NCBI GenBank assembly: GCA_030704615.1
Contig: CM060732.1
Span: 70,370,001-70,434,000, forward strand
Direction of reading: 5' to 3'
DNA from: Takakia lepidozioides
Lineage: Eukaryota > Plantae > Bryophyta
Length of the DNA: 64,000 nt
Positions 62,559 to 64,000 of the stretch are shown one piece after another; the first letter of the stretch is position 1; the number at the start of each line of letters is the position of its first letter. Below the pieces are notes generated by a model. The model made no database searches, was not told the DNA's origin, and worked only from the letters and a program-made list of their open reading frames with translations. A program made the position numbers and the translations under genes.

Positions 62559-62730
62559 TCACGTGAAGGTAAACTGTTCATGAGGATTGCCTTGGAAGGT
62601 CAGACCCATGCTATGGAGGTTCCTAATAGGGATTCAGTTCCAGAGTTGCTTGAGTTGCATCATTCTTCTGCTTTTTGCTGGTCACTTGGGCATCACTAAG
62701 ACCTTGAAGAGGCTCCAAGAGAGTTTTTGA
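62559..62730 (+). mobile_element. Gypsy integrase N-terminal fragment
   Basis: EGKLFMRIALEGQTHAMEVPNRDSVPELLELHH / GHLGITKTLKRLQE aligns with the integrase at 44540-44700. Confidence 0.75.
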
Positions 62731-62799
62731 ATATGCTGCCTGCTCACAGAACTTGTGTCTGCCCTGTCCGGGCCAGTCTAACATTTTTATGACTGTGGA

Positions 62800-63170
62800 T
62801 ATCACTGCATTTGCAGTGATAAGTGTTGTTATGACTACCTCACTCTGCAGTGACAAACACGAAGTCAGTTCTACCATGACTACGGAGTGATAAGTGCGAA
62901 GTCATGGTCGTCACCGAGGACGTGGCATGGGATAGTGATGCAGGGTTTGGTGATGTAGTCATAACAAATATGACTACACGACTGAAAGTTATGACTGAGG
63001 TTACGACTACATCACTACAATATTGCGCCTACATGGAGAGGCCTCTGCGTGACACGTGGGATCCTTGGGCATTGACATATGTAATCATCACTTGATGGTG
63101 CAGTGGAGTAGTCATATCTTTATGACTACACGACTATGGGTATGACTATATCACTACAGATGGCACGTGG
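62800..63170. repeat. Cluster of ATGACTAC/GTAGTCAT/TCACTACA motifs, resembling transposon subterminal repeats
   Basis: About 8 dispersed copies in both orientations. Confidence 0.45.
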
Positions 63171-63709
63171 TCTCGTTGGAGCAGGTGTGACTGACACGTG
63201 ATGATCATGTAGATTTTACAATTTATTAAATGTTATTTAATTTTAAATAACTAATTTAGATATTAAATTAAATTAAATTAATATGAAATTTAACTTTGTG
63301 GAGCTCTCATAAGCACAACAATTGGCAAAGAGGAAAGGCCATCTATACCAAGACACAACCCCTATGCAGGGAAAGAGAGCATGCATTAATCTTTCAATGA
63401 CCAATGAATCGACCCCCAACCCTGTTGGCAGTTGCAAAGAGTGGCAAAGAAAGATTCTACCACCAACCCTGTTGCATAGACTGGCAGAAACAACAACATG
63501 ATACAATATGAAAGACACAACTACCATCAAACATGTCATCCATAGAAACACCACAACACAACCTCAGAGGACATTGCACCTTCAAACGATATTGGATGTT
63601 AATACATTAGACACTGACATGGTATTTGAACCAGTCTGCCTATATACATTCCCAAAATATACTTCATTCTTCAAGCATGATGTTGCTAAGTACTACCGCA
63701 ACAAGAAAT

Positions 63710-63795
63710 TGACCATCTACGCAGGTTTCTTGTAGCTATCATTCCACAGGGAATCATAGGTAATCTGGAGCTTGAAATCCAACCTTCTTGGATGT
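63710..63795 (-). pseudogene. Isolated fragment of the PDF-motif exon
   Basis: HPRRLDFKLQITYDSLWNDSYKKPA*; DNA matches 50349-50422 and 50918-50990. Confidence 0.75.
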
Positions 63796-64000
63796 GTCAA
63801 GTTATCTTACCACTAGTGTGAAACTAGCTAGGAAATAGCTAGCTTTTACATATTGACATTTGGGATTGGCCCAAGTGTCAATCCAGGGGTCAAGGCAGCT
63901 TTTCTTTCACTCCAAGTGGAAACCAGCCCTAGACCTTCCATTCTAGCTCTCTAAAGCTTGAAAACAAGAGCCTCAATGGGCTGAAGGCATGCTCCACACA

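Noticed and set aside
62694-62700. CACTA transposon terminus
   Set aside because: The CACTA string lies within the coding sequence of an integrase fragment (GITKT)

Overview
Eukaryotic nuclear DNA from a land plant, most likely a non-seed plant (inferred from the PLS-DYW PPR genes and a self-primed Tcn1-like chromovirus). The window is a transposon-rich, heavily rearranged cluster. Two genes look intact: MAGO NASHI (-, 3 exons) and chloroplast co-chaperonin CPN20 (-, 2 exons). A KNL1/Spc105 kinetochore gene (+) carries an 8-unit internal repeat, has a questionable 3' half, and has partial duplicates nearby. Two unusual gene families recur, mostly as decayed copies: (i) PLS-PPR-E-DYW editing-factor genes with an N-terminal OSB-type PDF ssDNA-binding motif split by a conserved intron (PDF sequence at about 5 loci), and (ii) XS-like domain + coiled-coil + RING genes (2 diverged paralogs plus a partial inverted copy). 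Mobile DNA includes a MULE-like SWIM transposon end with an array of palindromic repeats, two LINEs, nested Ty3/gypsy pieces, a palindromic TIR-element dimer and small non-autonomous elements. All family calls come from motif recognition by eye; no database searches were run, and some boundaries are approximate.
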